Origin: an uncultured Methanosarcinales archaeon
GTDB lineage: Archaea; Nanobdellota; Nanobdellia; Woesearchaeales; JAGVZT01
Assembly (NCBI GenBank): GCA_964419615.1
Contig: CAYQPU010000001.1
Coordinates: 17,266 to 81,265 of the forward strand
Reading direction: 5' to 3'
DNA length: 64,000 nt
Part shown: positions 8,596 to 18,156 of the stretch, one piece after another
Numbering within the stretch: position 1 is the stretch's first letter
How the letters are laid out: each line of letters begins with the position of its first letter
Translations under genes and position numbers: made by a program
The notes under the pieces: generated by a model
Seen by the model: only the letters and a program-made list of their open reading frames with translations
What the model was told of the DNA's origin: nothing
Databases searched by the model: none

Positions 8596-10347
8596 ATGAC
8601 TAGAATTGCTGTTGTGGAAAAAGAGAAATGCAATCCAATTAAGTGCGGAGATTGGCTGTGTATTAGACTGTGCCCTGTTAACAGAACTGGTGAAGAGTGC
8701 ATTTCCAAAACAGCTGACAAAAAAGCTCAGATTGATGAAAAGCTTTGTACTGGTTGCGGTATTTGTCCAAAAAGATGTCCTTTTGGAGCTATTCATATTC
8801 TTAATTTACCAGAACAGTTAACTCAAAAACCAATTCACAGGTATGGAGATAATTCTTTTGCTTTGTATTCATTGCCTACACCCATGTTTGGTAAAGTTGT
8901 TGGAGTTATTGGAAGGAATGGTATTGGTAAGTCAACTGCAGTCAAGATTTTGGCTGGTATTCTCAAGCCTAATCTGGGAAAGATTGGACAAGAGGCAAAA
9001 ACAGATAGACTTATTGATTATTTTAAAGGAACTGAAGCACAAAAGTTTTTTGAAGGTGTTAGAGATGAAAAGATTGTTGTTAGTTTCAAACCCCAAAAAG
9101 TTGATACAATTCCAAATCAGTATAAGGGAAAGGTTATTGATTTATTGAAGAATGTTGATGAAAAAGGAGAATTAGATATAATTGCAGAAAAGTTAGACTT
9201 GACAAAGATTCTTGATAATGATATTAAGAATATTTCAGGCGGAGAATTACAAAGAGTTGCTATTGCTGCAACCGTTCTTAAGAAAGCAAACCTATATGTT
9301 TTTGATGAACCTACTTCATATCTTGATATTAAACAGAGAATTAAGGTTAGTAAGTTTATTAAAGATCTTGCTGATGAAGAAACAGCAGTTTTGGTTGTTG
9401 AGCATGATCTTATTATTCTTGATTACATGACTGATTTGATTCATATTATGTATGGTAAAGAGGCTGTTTATGGTATTGTGAGTTTACCAAAGACAACTAA
9501 AGCAGGGATTAATATTTATTTATCTGGTTATCTAAAGGAAGAGAATATGAGGTTTAGGGATTCCAAGATTAAGTTCTTTGAAAAAGCTCCTTCAAAACAA
9601 GTTAAACAAAAAACAATTGTTGAATGGAGTGATATTCACAAAAAACTGAGTAAGTTTGAACTTACAGTTAATTCTGGTAAACTTGAGAACAAGAAAGTTG
9701 TTGGTATTGTTGGAGAAAATGCAATTGGTAAGACAAGTTTTGTTAAGATTCTTGCTGGTGTACTTGAGGCAGATGATGGAAAGATATTAGGGGATATCAA
9801 AGTTAGTTACAAACCACAGTATGTGCAGGCATCTGAGAAAATGGTTGCTGTTGTACTAAAACATGCTATTAAATACAAGAATCAATTAATTGCACCTTTA
9901 GGTATTGAACCTTTAATGCAAAAAAAATTATCTGAATTGTCTGGTGGAGAGTTGCAAAGAGTTGCTATTTGTGTTTGCCTTGCACAAGATGCGGATTTAT
10001 ATTTACTGGATGAACCTTCTGCATATCTTGATGTTGAACAAAGGTTAAAGGTTTCAAAAGTTTTAGAGAACATAATTTCCAAAAGAGAAAAGTCTGCTTT
10101 GGTTGTTGACCATGATTTACTGTTTATTGATTATATTTCTCAGCAGTTATTAGTGTTTGATGGTATTCCAGCTGAGAAAGGAATGGTTAAGGGTCCTTTT
10201 GAAATGGAACAAGGTATGAACAATTTCTTAAAAGACCTTGGAATTACTTTTAGAAGAGATCCTGAAAGCAAAAGACCAAGAGCTAATAAACCTGAGTCTG
10301 TTATGGATAGAAAACAAAAACAAGAAAAGAAATTGTATTATGGATAA
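8596..10347 (+). CDS. rli1: Ribosome recycling ATPase ABCE1 (RNase L inhibitor homologue)
   Basis: N-terminal two-[4Fe-4S] Cys cluster, two ABC domains (GRNGIGKS, GENAIGKT, twice SGGELQR). Confidence 0.97.
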   Translation: MTRIAVVEKEKCNPIKCGDWLCIRLCPVNRTGEECISKTADKKAQIDEKLCTGCGICPKRCPFGAIHILNLPEQLTQKPIHRYGDNSFALYSLPTPMFGKVVGVIGRNGIGKSTAVKILAGILKPNLGKIGQEAKTDRLIDYFKGTEAQKFFEGVRDEKIVVSFKPQKVDTIPNQYKGKVIDLLKNVDEKGELDIIAEKLDLTKILDNDIKNISGGELQRVAIAATVLKKANLYVFDEPTSYLDIKQRIKVSKFIKDLADEETAVLVVEHDLIILDYMTDLIHIMYGKEAVYGIVSLPKTTKAGINIYLSGYLKEENMRFRDSKIKFFEKAPSKQVKQKTIVEWSDIHKKLSKFELTVNSGKLENKKVVGIVGENAIGKTSFVKILAGVLEADDGKILGDIKVSYKPQYVQASEKMVAVVLKHAIKYKNQLIAPLGIEPLMQKKLSELSGGELQRVAICVCLAQDADLYLLDEPSAYLDVEQRLKVSKVLENIISKREKSALVVDHDLLFIDYISQQLLVFDGIPAEKGMVKGPFEMEQGMNNFLKDLGITFRRDPESKRPRANKPESVMDRKQKQEKKLYYG

Positions 10348-10362
10348 AAGAAAAAGAAAAAA

Positions 10363-11175
10363 TTACCTAATCCTACTTGCCTCTGTTATTGGCAATGTTC
10401 CATCCATTTGTAGATAAATTACATCTGCTTCAGGATTAATGCTCTGGATTGCCAAGTACTGCAGGTATTCAGGAGTTAAAGTTTGATCAATTATATCTTG
10501 TGCTTTTGCAATACCTCCTGCTTCTGCTATTCTAATGTCTGCTTCTTTTTTTGCTACTTCCAATTGAAATTCTTTTTGAAGAACTTCTTGTTCTTTTGTT
10601 AGTTTTAATTCAATAGCTTTTGTTAATTCAGCAGGTATAGAAATGTCTCTTAGCAATACATCCTCAATTACTATTCCTCTAGGTTCTAGTTTATTAACTA
10701 GATAGGTTTGCATTTCAACAGATACTTGTTTTCTACCCATCTCAGAGTATAAATCTTCTACTTTGTACTTGGATGAAGAGTCTCTGATTGCATTTCTAAT
10801 GTAAGGAACCAGTAATGTCTCCCTATAATTGTTAGATGTTGTTTTTCTAAGTTCAGCTACTTTTTCTGAATTTAATTTGTAGAGAACACTAATATCTAAC
10901 GTTACAATTAATCCTTCATTACTTGGAACTGTTGCTGTTTCTTTGATTTCCTTTGTTCTTACATCATATTTTGTGATTGTTGAAAAAGGAGGTAGTGCAA
11001 GATGTACTCCACTTAAGAGCTCCTTGTCATTTATTTTTCCAAGTGTTTTTCTAACCCCTACTTCTCCATCACTGATAACTCTGATAGTTGTTAACAGGAA
11101 GATAAATGCAAATAGTAAAAATCCTCCAATCAAAATTACTTTAACTGGATTTGGTAGTTCTTTTGTTCTAACCAT
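10363..11175 (-). CDS. SPFH / prohibitin / band-7 membrane protein
   Basis: Single N-terminal TM, GEVGV, SNEGLIVTLDISV, VLLRDI and coiled-coil tail; start moved to ATG 11175 after GAGGTG. Confidence 0.92.
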   Translation of the reverse strand: MVRTKELPNPVKVILIGGFLLFAFIFLLTTIRVISDGEVGVRKTLGKINDKELLSGVHLALPPFSTITKYDVRTKEIKETATVPSNEGLIVTLDISVLYKLNSEKVAELRKTTSNNYRETLLVPYIRNAIRDSSSKYKVEDLYSEMGRKQVSVEMQTYLVNKLEPRGIVIEDVLLRDISIPAELTKAIELKLTKEQEVLQKEFQLEVAKKEADIRIAEAGGIAKAQDIIDQTLTPEYLQYLAIQSINPEADVIYLQMDGTLPITEASRIR

Positions 11176-11266
11176 AATTACACCTCTTAATATATTATAT
11201 TGATTATTAGTTACTGTCATTTGCATTAATACAGTATATATACTTTTCTAATCAAAAAACCGTAAA

Positions 11267-12391
11267 TTAAGCCAATATGTTTAGAATGTCTTTTCTATAG
11301 AATAATAGTATCCCAAATACAACAATACTAAGTGAGATTGTGACACCAGTTATGTTGGAGTTATCATTCATATTTATTTTTTGTTCAATAACTTTTGATG
11401 TTTTTCCATCATATAATATATTTCCAATTAATTCATATTCTCCTGCTTGAGGTAGTTTATAGTTTGTTTTTATGGTTCTTTCTTCTCCAGGTATGATTAG
11501 TATTGAATCACTTTCAATTATGTCAAGTAGTTTATTATTAAAGTAAATTTTTCCTTGGAATTTGGCATTTAATGGAGCTTTTCCTGTGTTTTTAAATATG
11601 GAACTTATTTCTAATATTTGCTCAGTTAATGTTAAATCCATTTTTTCAAAGGATCCTTTTCTTGACAAACTTCCAAATGGAAGAATATTAAATGATAGTT
11701 CCTGATATTTTATTGGTTTATCTAAACTAACTTGCAGTTTTGCTAAATGGGTTCCAATATACATATGTTCTGTGCTTCTGTTAATTAGAATCTTTTGTCT
11801 TGAATTTGGTAGAATATAATCTGATTCAAAGTTAAATTCATCAACAGAGATATTATTTTTTTCAATTAAAAAATTAAATAAAGGTTTTAATTTAACATTT
11901 CCATTGTTGTGAACTATAGTTTTAAAGGAAACAAAGTTTCCTTGTTCTGCATCTTCAACACCAATTTTCTCAACCGCAAGATTGATAACTTGTTTTCCAG
12001 TTATCTTGACTTTTGTTTTTATTGATATTCCTGTGTTAAATGATACGCCTTGTTTGTTTGGGTTATCAATTGATATAGTTATGAATGTGTTGTATTCTCC
12101 ATTTGAGGTTTCATCAGAAGTATTAACAAAAATATCAATAACTTGAGTTTGGTTTGGTTCTATTTTTCCTTTTTGTTGAAAAATTGTAAACCATTCTTTG
12201 TAGTCATCTACCTTAGTTTGATATTCTATCACATGATCTGAAGGGTTTATTATTAATAGCTGAGTTCTTGCTTGCTCTCCTCTATAGATTTCAATTTCCA
12301 ATCTTGATGGAGATATTCCTACACCTTGAGCACTCACAAATGGAATGAATAGCAAGCTAAGTGCTAACAGCATTAATGTATATTTGGCCAT
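11267..12391 (-). CDS. Exported multi-Ig-like-domain protein with C-terminal membrane anchor
   Basis: Signal peptide, GVGISPSRLEI start, repeated N.GN.. beta-sandwich motifs, C-terminal TM helix. Confidence 0.75.
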   Translation of the reverse strand: MAKYTLMLLALSLLFIPFVSAQGVGISPSRLEIEIYRGEQARTQLLIINPSDHVIEYQTKVDDYKEWFTIFQQKGKIEPNQTQVIDIFVNTSDETSNGEYNTFITISIDNPNKQGVSFNTGISIKTKVKITGKQVINLAVEKIGVEDAEQGNFVSFKTIVHNNGNVKLKPLFNFLIEKNNISVDEFNFESDYILPNSRQKILINRSTEHMYIGTHLAKLQVSLDKPIKYQELSFNILPFGSLSRKGSFEKMDLTLTEQILEISSIFKNTGKAPLNAKFQGKIYFNNKLLDIIESDSILIIPGEERTIKTNYKLPQAGEYELIGNILYDGKTSKVIEQKINMNDNSNITGVTISLSIVVFGILLFYRKDILNILA

Positions 12392-13637
12392 GATAATTAC
12401 CTGAGACTGTTCCTCTTGGCATTTCCAAAGCTATTGTTAATTCTCTGTATTGAGAAATACCATAGTTTAGTCCAACTGGAACTAGTTGTTTTGATGTACC
12501 AAGAGATCCACCATATCCTGATTCAAAGTCATTGTCAAGGAAGGAGTATTTTAGGTTGTTAACTGTTATAGTATCAAATACTGAATTTAAATCTGAAGCT
12601 CTTATTTCAAAGTCAAGTTGTGTGTTTCCAATGTTTCTGACGGTTGGATTAGGTGTTGTCATGTCGTGATCTCCTAGTACTTCTACATAAGAGCCAGATT
12701 TTCCACTAAAGTTTATTTGAGGCGTGTCAATTTCAAAGGCGATTAATTCAAGGTATTCTATGTTTTGATTAGAAGTTAGATTATTGCCAGCAGTATCTTC
12801 AACAAATAAATCTACAGAATAATTTTCTGGTGCAAGATAATAGTTAAGTGGTATTTCCAAAGAGTATTGAACAGAGCTAGTGTTAAACTCTCGCACAAAT
12901 ACCATTAGATAATCTTGATTATTAAAACTGATTACTGGAGTTTCAAGATCTTCATCATAATCTGTTATGTTGACTTTGATAACAAGGTTTTTTGTTGCAC
13001 CAGGATTTGGTATAACTTGAATTCCAGCAAATTCTGAATCATCAGGTGTTAATGTAAATGAATCTAATATTGGAGGATTACTTAGAACTTCAGCATAGAT
13101 TTCAATTATTTTCTCATTTTCTGCAACTGCATTTGAATTTGTTGGGCTTGGTGATTGCTGTGAAAAATCAAAACTGTTGTTGTTTGTATCTACAAAGTTA
13201 TTTCTTGATAGACTTGTTCCTTCATCAACATCATCTGCAGGTGTTCCCTCGTAAATTAAGGAATCTCCCCAGCCAACAACATCAACTAGCTGTCCTTGAC
13301 TGTCTAAGAGTTGTACTCCTGAGTTAGTGTTTGGTAAAGTAATTTCATCAACAAAATCTGGTTCTGACCATTCTTCGGGCCATACCTCATTATCATCTTC
13401 GTCTGCAATTAAAAAAGATGTATTTGCTTTCAACACAGTATTGTCTGGAATTGTGGCTTGAATACTTGTTGTGTTTAGTTTCCAGCCACTAATGTCAATT
13501 TCATCTCCAAGATTATATAATTCAATATACTCACTATCTGATTCAGACAAGCTTGGATCATAGTGAACTTCTGTTATGATAACGTTTGCCGACGCAAAAG
13601 GGATCAGTAGTAGTAGTAAAAAAAGGTGGGTTTTCAT
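12357..13637 (-). CDS. Secreted lamin-tail-domain (LTD) surface protein with C-terminal beta-sandwich
   Basis: Signal peptide; VIITEVHYDP...EYIELYN...IDISGWKL LTD motif; ends GNYHGQIYINAVST. Confidence 0.8.
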   Translation of the reverse strand: MKTHLFLLLLLIPFASANVIITEVHYDPSLSESDSEYIELYNLGDEIDISGWKLNTTSIQATIPDNTVLKANTSFLIADEDDNEVWPEEWSEPDFVDEITLPNTNSGVQLLDSQGQLVDVVGWGDSLIYEGTPADDVDEGTSLSRNNFVDTNNNSFDFSQQSPSPTNSNAVAENEKIIEIYAEVLSNPPILDSFTLTPDDSEFAGIQVIPNPGATKNLVIKVNITDYDEDLETPVISFNNQDYLMVFVREFNTSSVQYSLEIPLNYYLAPENYSVDLFVEDTAGNNLTSNQNIEYLELIAFEIDTPQINFSGKSGSYVEVLGDHDMTTPNPTVRNIGNTQLDFEIRASDLNSVFDTITVNNLKYSFLDNDFESGYGGSLGTSKQLVPVGLNYGISQYRELTIALEMPRGTVSGNYHGQIYINAVST

Positions 13638-13683
13638 AATATCTGTTTGAAATTAGAATTTAATATGAATTGTGGAGGTTTTG

Positions 13684-13698
13684 CCGGAAAGTTTGCGG
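13684..13698. promoter_or_regulatory. Imperfect palindrome CCGGAAAGTTTGCGG upstream of the LTD gene
   Basis: 47 bp from ATG 13637, the same offset as the 34804 site from ATG 34757. Confidence 0.5.
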
Positions 13699-13832
13699 TG
13701 CTTATTCTACAATATAGTTATTTTTATTTTTGCAGTGCTTCCACCAAGTTGAATCCTCGTGAAGAATATGATTTTAAGTTGATCTTAACTAGAATTAAAA
13801 GCTAATAATAAAAGAAAAAAATTTCATTAAAA

Positions 13833-14275
13833 CTAATGTGCTGTAGTAAGTTGATGTTCATAATACGCAGGTTCTGCCTCAATTGTGTCCAAAATCTGTA
13901 GAGTCAAATCAGAATATGCTGTTTCAATTTCTCCAAGTGCTTGCCCTAATTTCGCACCCATTTCTTCTGATATTTTATCAGTTGGATTATATTCTAACAT
14001 TCCATCAACAATTCTTAGAGTTGCAATATGATCTGGTGTTTGGTTTATAGTTAAATGCACAAGGTGGTTTTTTTTATTACATAAATCTCATCACCTTCTC
14101 CAAATCCAAAAAAACTTTTTGTTTCCTCCAAAAAATCTTTTTTGTATGGAAATCTTTGAGCCAAACTAAAGTTCCTTTGTTCCATTAATTCATAAGCCAC
14201 ATGTGTTTCTAATACCTGGTTTGCTGTTGGATTCATTCCCTTGCTACTTGTAATAACATCTATTGGATCTACCAT
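13833..14275 (-). CDS. Hypothetical protein split into two ORFs by an apparent -1 frameshift at an A8 tract
   Basis: ORF 14051-14275 ends just after ATA AAA AAA ACC; the -1 frame continues NHLVHLTINQTPDH into ORF 13833-14060, which has only a GTG start. Confidence 0.55.
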
Positions 14276-14388
14276 TGTGATTTCCTCCGATACATTTTGT
14301 ATAAGGGTAATTTAGTTAATATTTAAATCTTTCCCAAATTAGTTATTTTTTAGTAGTAAATAATTGGATATAAATATATATAAATAAA

Positions 14389-15294
14389 CTACTCTTTACT
14401 CGAAGCCAAATACCTGGCAGCCTTTATCAGTGCCATTGCCCCTTGGCCTGCAGAAATAACATATTGATACTCATGACCTGATGCACAATCTCCCGCTGCG
14501 AATATTCCTGGAACAGATGCTTTTGTTTGACAATCTACTTGTATGTGTCCATGGTTATCTAGCTCAACAAGTTCTTTGAATGGTGCTGTGTTTGGTATTC
14601 TTCCTATTTCTATGATTATACCTTGAGTATTGATTTCTTTTTCTGTTCCATCCTGTTCATACTTTAATCCGGAGACAAATTTATCTCCAACAATCTCTGT
14701 TGTTTGTGCATTATAAATTACTTCTACTTTGGGATTGTTTTTTACTTTCTCCATAAGATATTCATGACCTTTTAATTTATCATCTCTTACAACAAGGTAG
14801 ATTTTTGATGTAATATCTTTTAGAAAGTCAACAGCTTCCATTGCAGAATCTCCTCCACCTACAACTGCAACTGTCATATCTGAAAACAATGGACCATCAC
14901 ATATTGAGCAATATGTAACTCCTTTATTGTTTAGTCTTTCTTCACCAGGCACATTAAGTTTTCTTGGTTTGGATCCTGTGGCAATGATTATTGTTTTTGT
15001 TTTATACTCTGAGTTATTGCCAATCACAACAAAATGATTTTCTTGTTTCTCTATTTTCTTAATGTATTCTTGTTTGATGTTGACCAGGTTGAATTCCATT
15101 TGTTTTTTCATTACTTCACTAAATTCAACTCCTGTGGTTTGCACAATCCCAGGATAGTTTAATATCTCCCCGCTTGACATGAATTGACCTCCTGCTTCAG
15201 CTGAGATGATTTCATACTTTATCCTTTTTCTAGAGGCATAAATTGCTGCTGTCATGCCTGCAATTCCACCTCCAATTATGATTGTGTCATACAT
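14389..15294 (-). CDS. trxB: Thioredoxin reductase family (AhpF C-terminal-like) flavoprotein
   Basis: IIIGGGIAG FAD motif, CSICDG redox pair, VVGGGDSA NAD(P)H motif, IFAAGD; start moved to ATG 15294. Confidence 0.93.
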   Translation of the reverse strand: MYDTIIIGGGIAGMTAAIYASRKRIKYEIISAEAGGQFMSSGEILNYPGIVQTTGVEFSEVMKKQMEFNLVNIKQEYIKKIEKQENHFVVIGNNSEYKTKTIIIATGSKPRKLNVPGEERLNNKGVTYCSICDGPLFSDMTVAVVGGGDSAMEAVDFLKDITSKIYLVVRDDKLKGHEYLMEKVKNNPKVEVIYNAQTTEIVGDKFVSGLKYEQDGTEKEINTQGIIIEIGRIPNTAPFKELVELDNHGHIQVDCQTKASVPGIFAAGDCASGHEYQYVISAGQGAMALIKAARYLASSKE

Positions 15295-15295
15295 C

Positions 15296-15529
15296 TTATA
15301 AGCCAAGTAGTTCATCTATTTTTGATTTGTTGAATCCAACTATCACATTTTCATCAATCAATATAACAGGAACTCCCATCTGACCTGATTTTTCAATCAT
15401 TTCTTTTCTAGCTTCTGCATCTTCTGCAACGTTTTTATGTTCAAATTCAACATTTTTCTCTTTAAAATAATCTTTTGCTTTCACACACCATGGACATGTA
15501 GGTGTTGAAAAGACTGTAACTTTTGCCAT
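15296..15529 (-). CDS. Glutaredoxin-like redoxin (NrdH/YruB type)
   Basis: CPWC motif and GQMGVPVI; start moved to ATG 15529, overlapping the upstream stop as TAATG. Confidence 0.92.
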   Translation of the reverse strand: MAKVTVFSTPTCPWCVKAKDYFKEKNVEFEHKNVAEDAEARKEMIEKSGQMGVPVILIDENVIVGFNKSKIDELLGL

Positions 15530-15642
15530 TATTCTTGCCTCCATTCTCTTGTGAATATTTCACATTCACATTTCTCTTCATCACATTTGCAGGTTGTACA
15601 TATTAATTTTTCGCCAACTTGTATGCATTCTTCTTTTGTCAT
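15529..15642 (-). CDS. 37-aa Cys-rich miniprotein (metallothionein-like)
   Basis: Not in track. MTKEECIQVGEKLICTTCKCDEEKCECEIFTREWRQE; GGAGTGA ribosome-binding site; fills the gap between ferritin and glutaredoxin. Confidence 0.75.
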   Translation of the reverse strand: MTKEECIQVGEKLICTTCKCDEEKCECEIFTREWRQE

Positions 15643-15646
15643 ATAT

Positions 15647-16132
15647 TCACTCCCTTTTTTTTAATTGCTTATCAAGTACCATCAAAGCTGGTTTCATTTC
15701 TCCAACCATTTTGAGTTTTTGTACAATCTCATCTGCTGACGCTTCTTCTTCAACTTGCTCTTTTACAAACCATTGTAAAAAGTTTTCAGTTGCATGATCT
15801 TTTTGCTCTCGAGCAAGATCTACGAGAAAGTGTATTCTTTTTGTGATATGCACTTCATGATTGTAAGCTGCAGTTATTGCATCTATTGGACTTTTCCATT
15901 CAAATGCTGGTTTTGCAATTTCTGTTAATTCTACTCTGGCTCCTCTTTCATTGACATAATTATAAATTTTCATTGTATGTTCTATTTCCTCTTCAGCTTG
16001 CTTGATCATCCAATGGCTAAATCCTGGAAGATTAGTGGATTCAAAGTATGCTGACATTGATAAATAGATATAGGCAGAAGCTAGTTCTTCATTAATTTGT
16101 TTGTTTAATTCATCGGTTACTTTTTTGTTCAT
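15647..16132 (-). CDS. ftnA: Non-haem ferritin
   Basis: LNKQINEEL.SAY.Y, EE.EH, FLQWFVKEQVEEE ferroxidase motifs. Confidence 0.93.
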   Translation of the reverse strand: MNKKVTDELNKQINEELASAYIYLSMSAYFESTNLPGFSHWMIKQAEEEIEHTMKIYNYVNERGARVELTEIAKPAFEWKSPIDAITAAYNHEVHITKRIHFLVDLAREQKDHATENFLQWFVKEQVEEEASADEIVQKLKMVGEMKPALMVLDKQLKKRE

Positions 16133-16146
16133 TTTTTTCTCCTCCT

Positions 16147-16689
16147 TTATTCAGGTTTGATAGCATCTTGTCCTGGTTCCCAATTTACAGGGCACACATA
16201 TTCTGAATGCTCATTTATGTATTTTGCTGCCTTAATTTTTCTTAGGATTTCTTGAATGTTTCTTCCAATCGCATTGTCGTGAAATTCAAATGCTTTAACA
16301 TTCTGATCTGGATCAATAATAAATGTTGCTCTAAGGCTTAAACCTTCCTCTGGAATTAATGTTCCATAAGCTTGTGTTACTCTACGAGCTGGATCAGCAA
16401 GCATTGGATATTTTATTTTGGCAATTGCATCAGAGTTTTCATGCCATGCTTTGTGTACAAAGGCTGTGTCCGTACTAACACTAATTACCTCTGCATCAAG
16501 TTTTTTAAATTCTTCATATTTATTTGCCAATTCCTCAAGTTCAGTTGGACAAACAAATGTAAAATCAGCTGGATAAAAGAATAATACTACCCATTTTCCC
16601 GTATAATCAGTTAATTTGATTTTTTTAATATCCTTATTAATAAAAGCATCCTCTTGAAAATCCGGTGCTTTATCTCCAATATTTACCAT
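16147..16689 (-). CDS. ahpC: 2-Cys peroxiredoxin
   Basis: FYPADFTFVCPTE and resolving VCPVNW. Confidence 0.95.
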   Translation of the reverse strand: MVNIGDKAPDFQEDAFINKDIKKIKLTDYTGKWVVLFFYPADFTFVCPTELEELANKYEEFKKLDAEVISVSTDTAFVHKAWHENSDAIAKIKYPMLADPARRVTQAYGTLIPEEGLSLRATFIIDPDQNVKAFEFHDNAIGRNIQEILRKIKAAKYINEHSEYVCPVNWEPGQDAIKPE

Positions 16690-16698
16690 AATTTCACC

Positions 16699-16953
16699 TC
16701 AAAATTTTATTTTAGTATTTCCTTGATTAATCTTGGATTGACAAGCAAGTCTTTGATTATCATCTAAATCCATGTCAATTTCTTCTTGTGTTAGCTGATT
16801 GAGATTATCCAAACCTTCTTCTACCTGGATTTTACATGAACCACAAGTACCTGCATAGCATCCAAAAACAACACCTAATTTTTCACAGGCATTAGTGATA
16901 TCACTGCCATCTTTAACTTCAATCTTGTTGCTATTTGATTCTATTGTTGCCAT
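16699..16953 (-). CDS. [2Fe-2S] ferredoxin
   Basis: FGCYAGTCGSC...RLACQ. Confidence 0.9.
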   Translation of the reverse strand: MATIESNSNKIEVKDGSDITNACEKLGVVFGCYAGTCGSCKIQVEEGLDNLNQLTQEEIDMDLDDNQRLACQSKINQGNTKIKF

Positions 16954-17543
16954 TTTCCAAGATTTCTATCTGCTTGTTCCCAATTGATTATCTTAAAGAA
17001 GTTTTCAACATATTCTGCTCTTTTGTTTTGGTATTTAAGATAATATGCATGTTCCCACACATCAAGCATTATAATTGGTTTTAATCCATCTGTTATAGGA
17101 TTGTCTTGGTTTGGTGTGCCCATTATTTTTAGTTTACCATTATCTAAAACAAGCCATGCCCATCCACTTCCAAATCTTGTTAGTGCAGTTTTTGAGAATT
17201 GTTCTTTGAATTGATCAAATCCACCAAACTGACTATTGATCATATCAGCAACTTGGCCTTTGAAATCCTGATCTTTTTTAAGAATTTTCCAAAACATTGA
17301 ATGGTTTAAGTGTCCACCGCCACTATTTCTAACAGCAGTTTGTGTTTCAGCTGGAATATCATTTAAATTCTTTATTAATTCCATTGGTTCTTTTTTCTGT
17401 AACTCTGGATTATTCTCCAAAGCCTTGTTAAGTTTATTCACATATCCTTGATGATGTTTAGAATGATGTATTTGCATTGTTTTTGCATCTATATATGGTT
17501 CTAATGCATCATACTCGTAATCTAATTTTTTTAGTTCAAACAT
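16941..17543 (-). CDS. sod: Fe/Mn superoxide dismutase
   Basis: HHSKHH, NSGGGHLNHSMFW, FGSGWAWL, DVWEHAYY. Confidence 0.96.
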   Translation of the reverse strand: MFELKKLDYEYDALEPYIDAKTMQIHHSKHHQGYVNKLNKALENNPELQKKEPMELIKNLNDIPAETQTAVRNSGGGHLNHSMFWKILKKDQDFKGQVADMINSQFGGFDQFKEQFSKTALTRFGSGWAWLVLDNGKLKIMGTPNQDNPITDGLKPIIMLDVWEHAYYLKYQNKRAEYVENFFKIINWEQADRNLGKWQQ

Positions 17544-17629
17544 TTTTACACCTCCAATTCTGTTTGTTAATTTTTCAAATATAAAGGTTTGTAATTATTT
17601 TTTTCTCCGCGTATTTTTATCACATCTGT

Positions 17630-17676
17630 AAAAAAAAGCCCTGCAGGAAAGAGGCGGGAACCTGCAGTGCCTTTTT
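17630..17676 (-). terminator. GC-rich hairpin with flanking A/T runs (intrinsic-terminator-like)
   Basis: CTGCAGG (17641-17647) pairs with CCTGCAG (17661-17667); A8 on the left (U8 on minus strand), T5 on the right. Confidence 0.55.
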
Positions 17677-17796
17677 AATTAATTATATAATATTTCATGG
17701 TATTGTTGCTTGTCAATTTCATCTTTTATATTGTCCTTTTCAAGTATGCCATTCATCTTTGTTATTTCTCCATTATTGTCTACACACTTTCCTTCA

Positions 17797-18033
17797 TTAC
17801 ATTGAATTTTTTGCTCGATTTTGTATCACCACCTCAAAATTTTTGTTTGTTACAATCTTACCAAGTTCTTGTGTTAATTTTTCAACGTCAGCTTCATATG
17901 ATTCTGCGCATTGCTGCACTGTTTCCCATGTTGCAACACAGCAACCAACGCATGGAATGCCGTGTTTTGACAATATTTGCACAGAATCAGGGTATCTTTT
18001 TACCAGATCTGCAATGATCATATCCTTTACCAT
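17797..18033 (-). CDS. DUF1858 family redox/disulfide domain protein
   Basis: KDMIIADLVKRYP...GIPCVGC..ATWETV pattern. Confidence 0.82.
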   Translation of the reverse strand: MVKDMIIADLVKRYPDSVQILSKHGIPCVGCCVATWETVQQCAESYEADVEKLTQELGKIVTNKNFEVVIQNRAKNSM

Positions 18034-18156
18034 CTTAAAAATGATTATTTGTGCTGATTTAATAAATGTATTCCAAATAATTTATGGGATAATTATATTT
18101 TGAACTTATGAATTATAAGTAAAATATTTATAGAAGTTCCATTTTCTTATAGTTCA

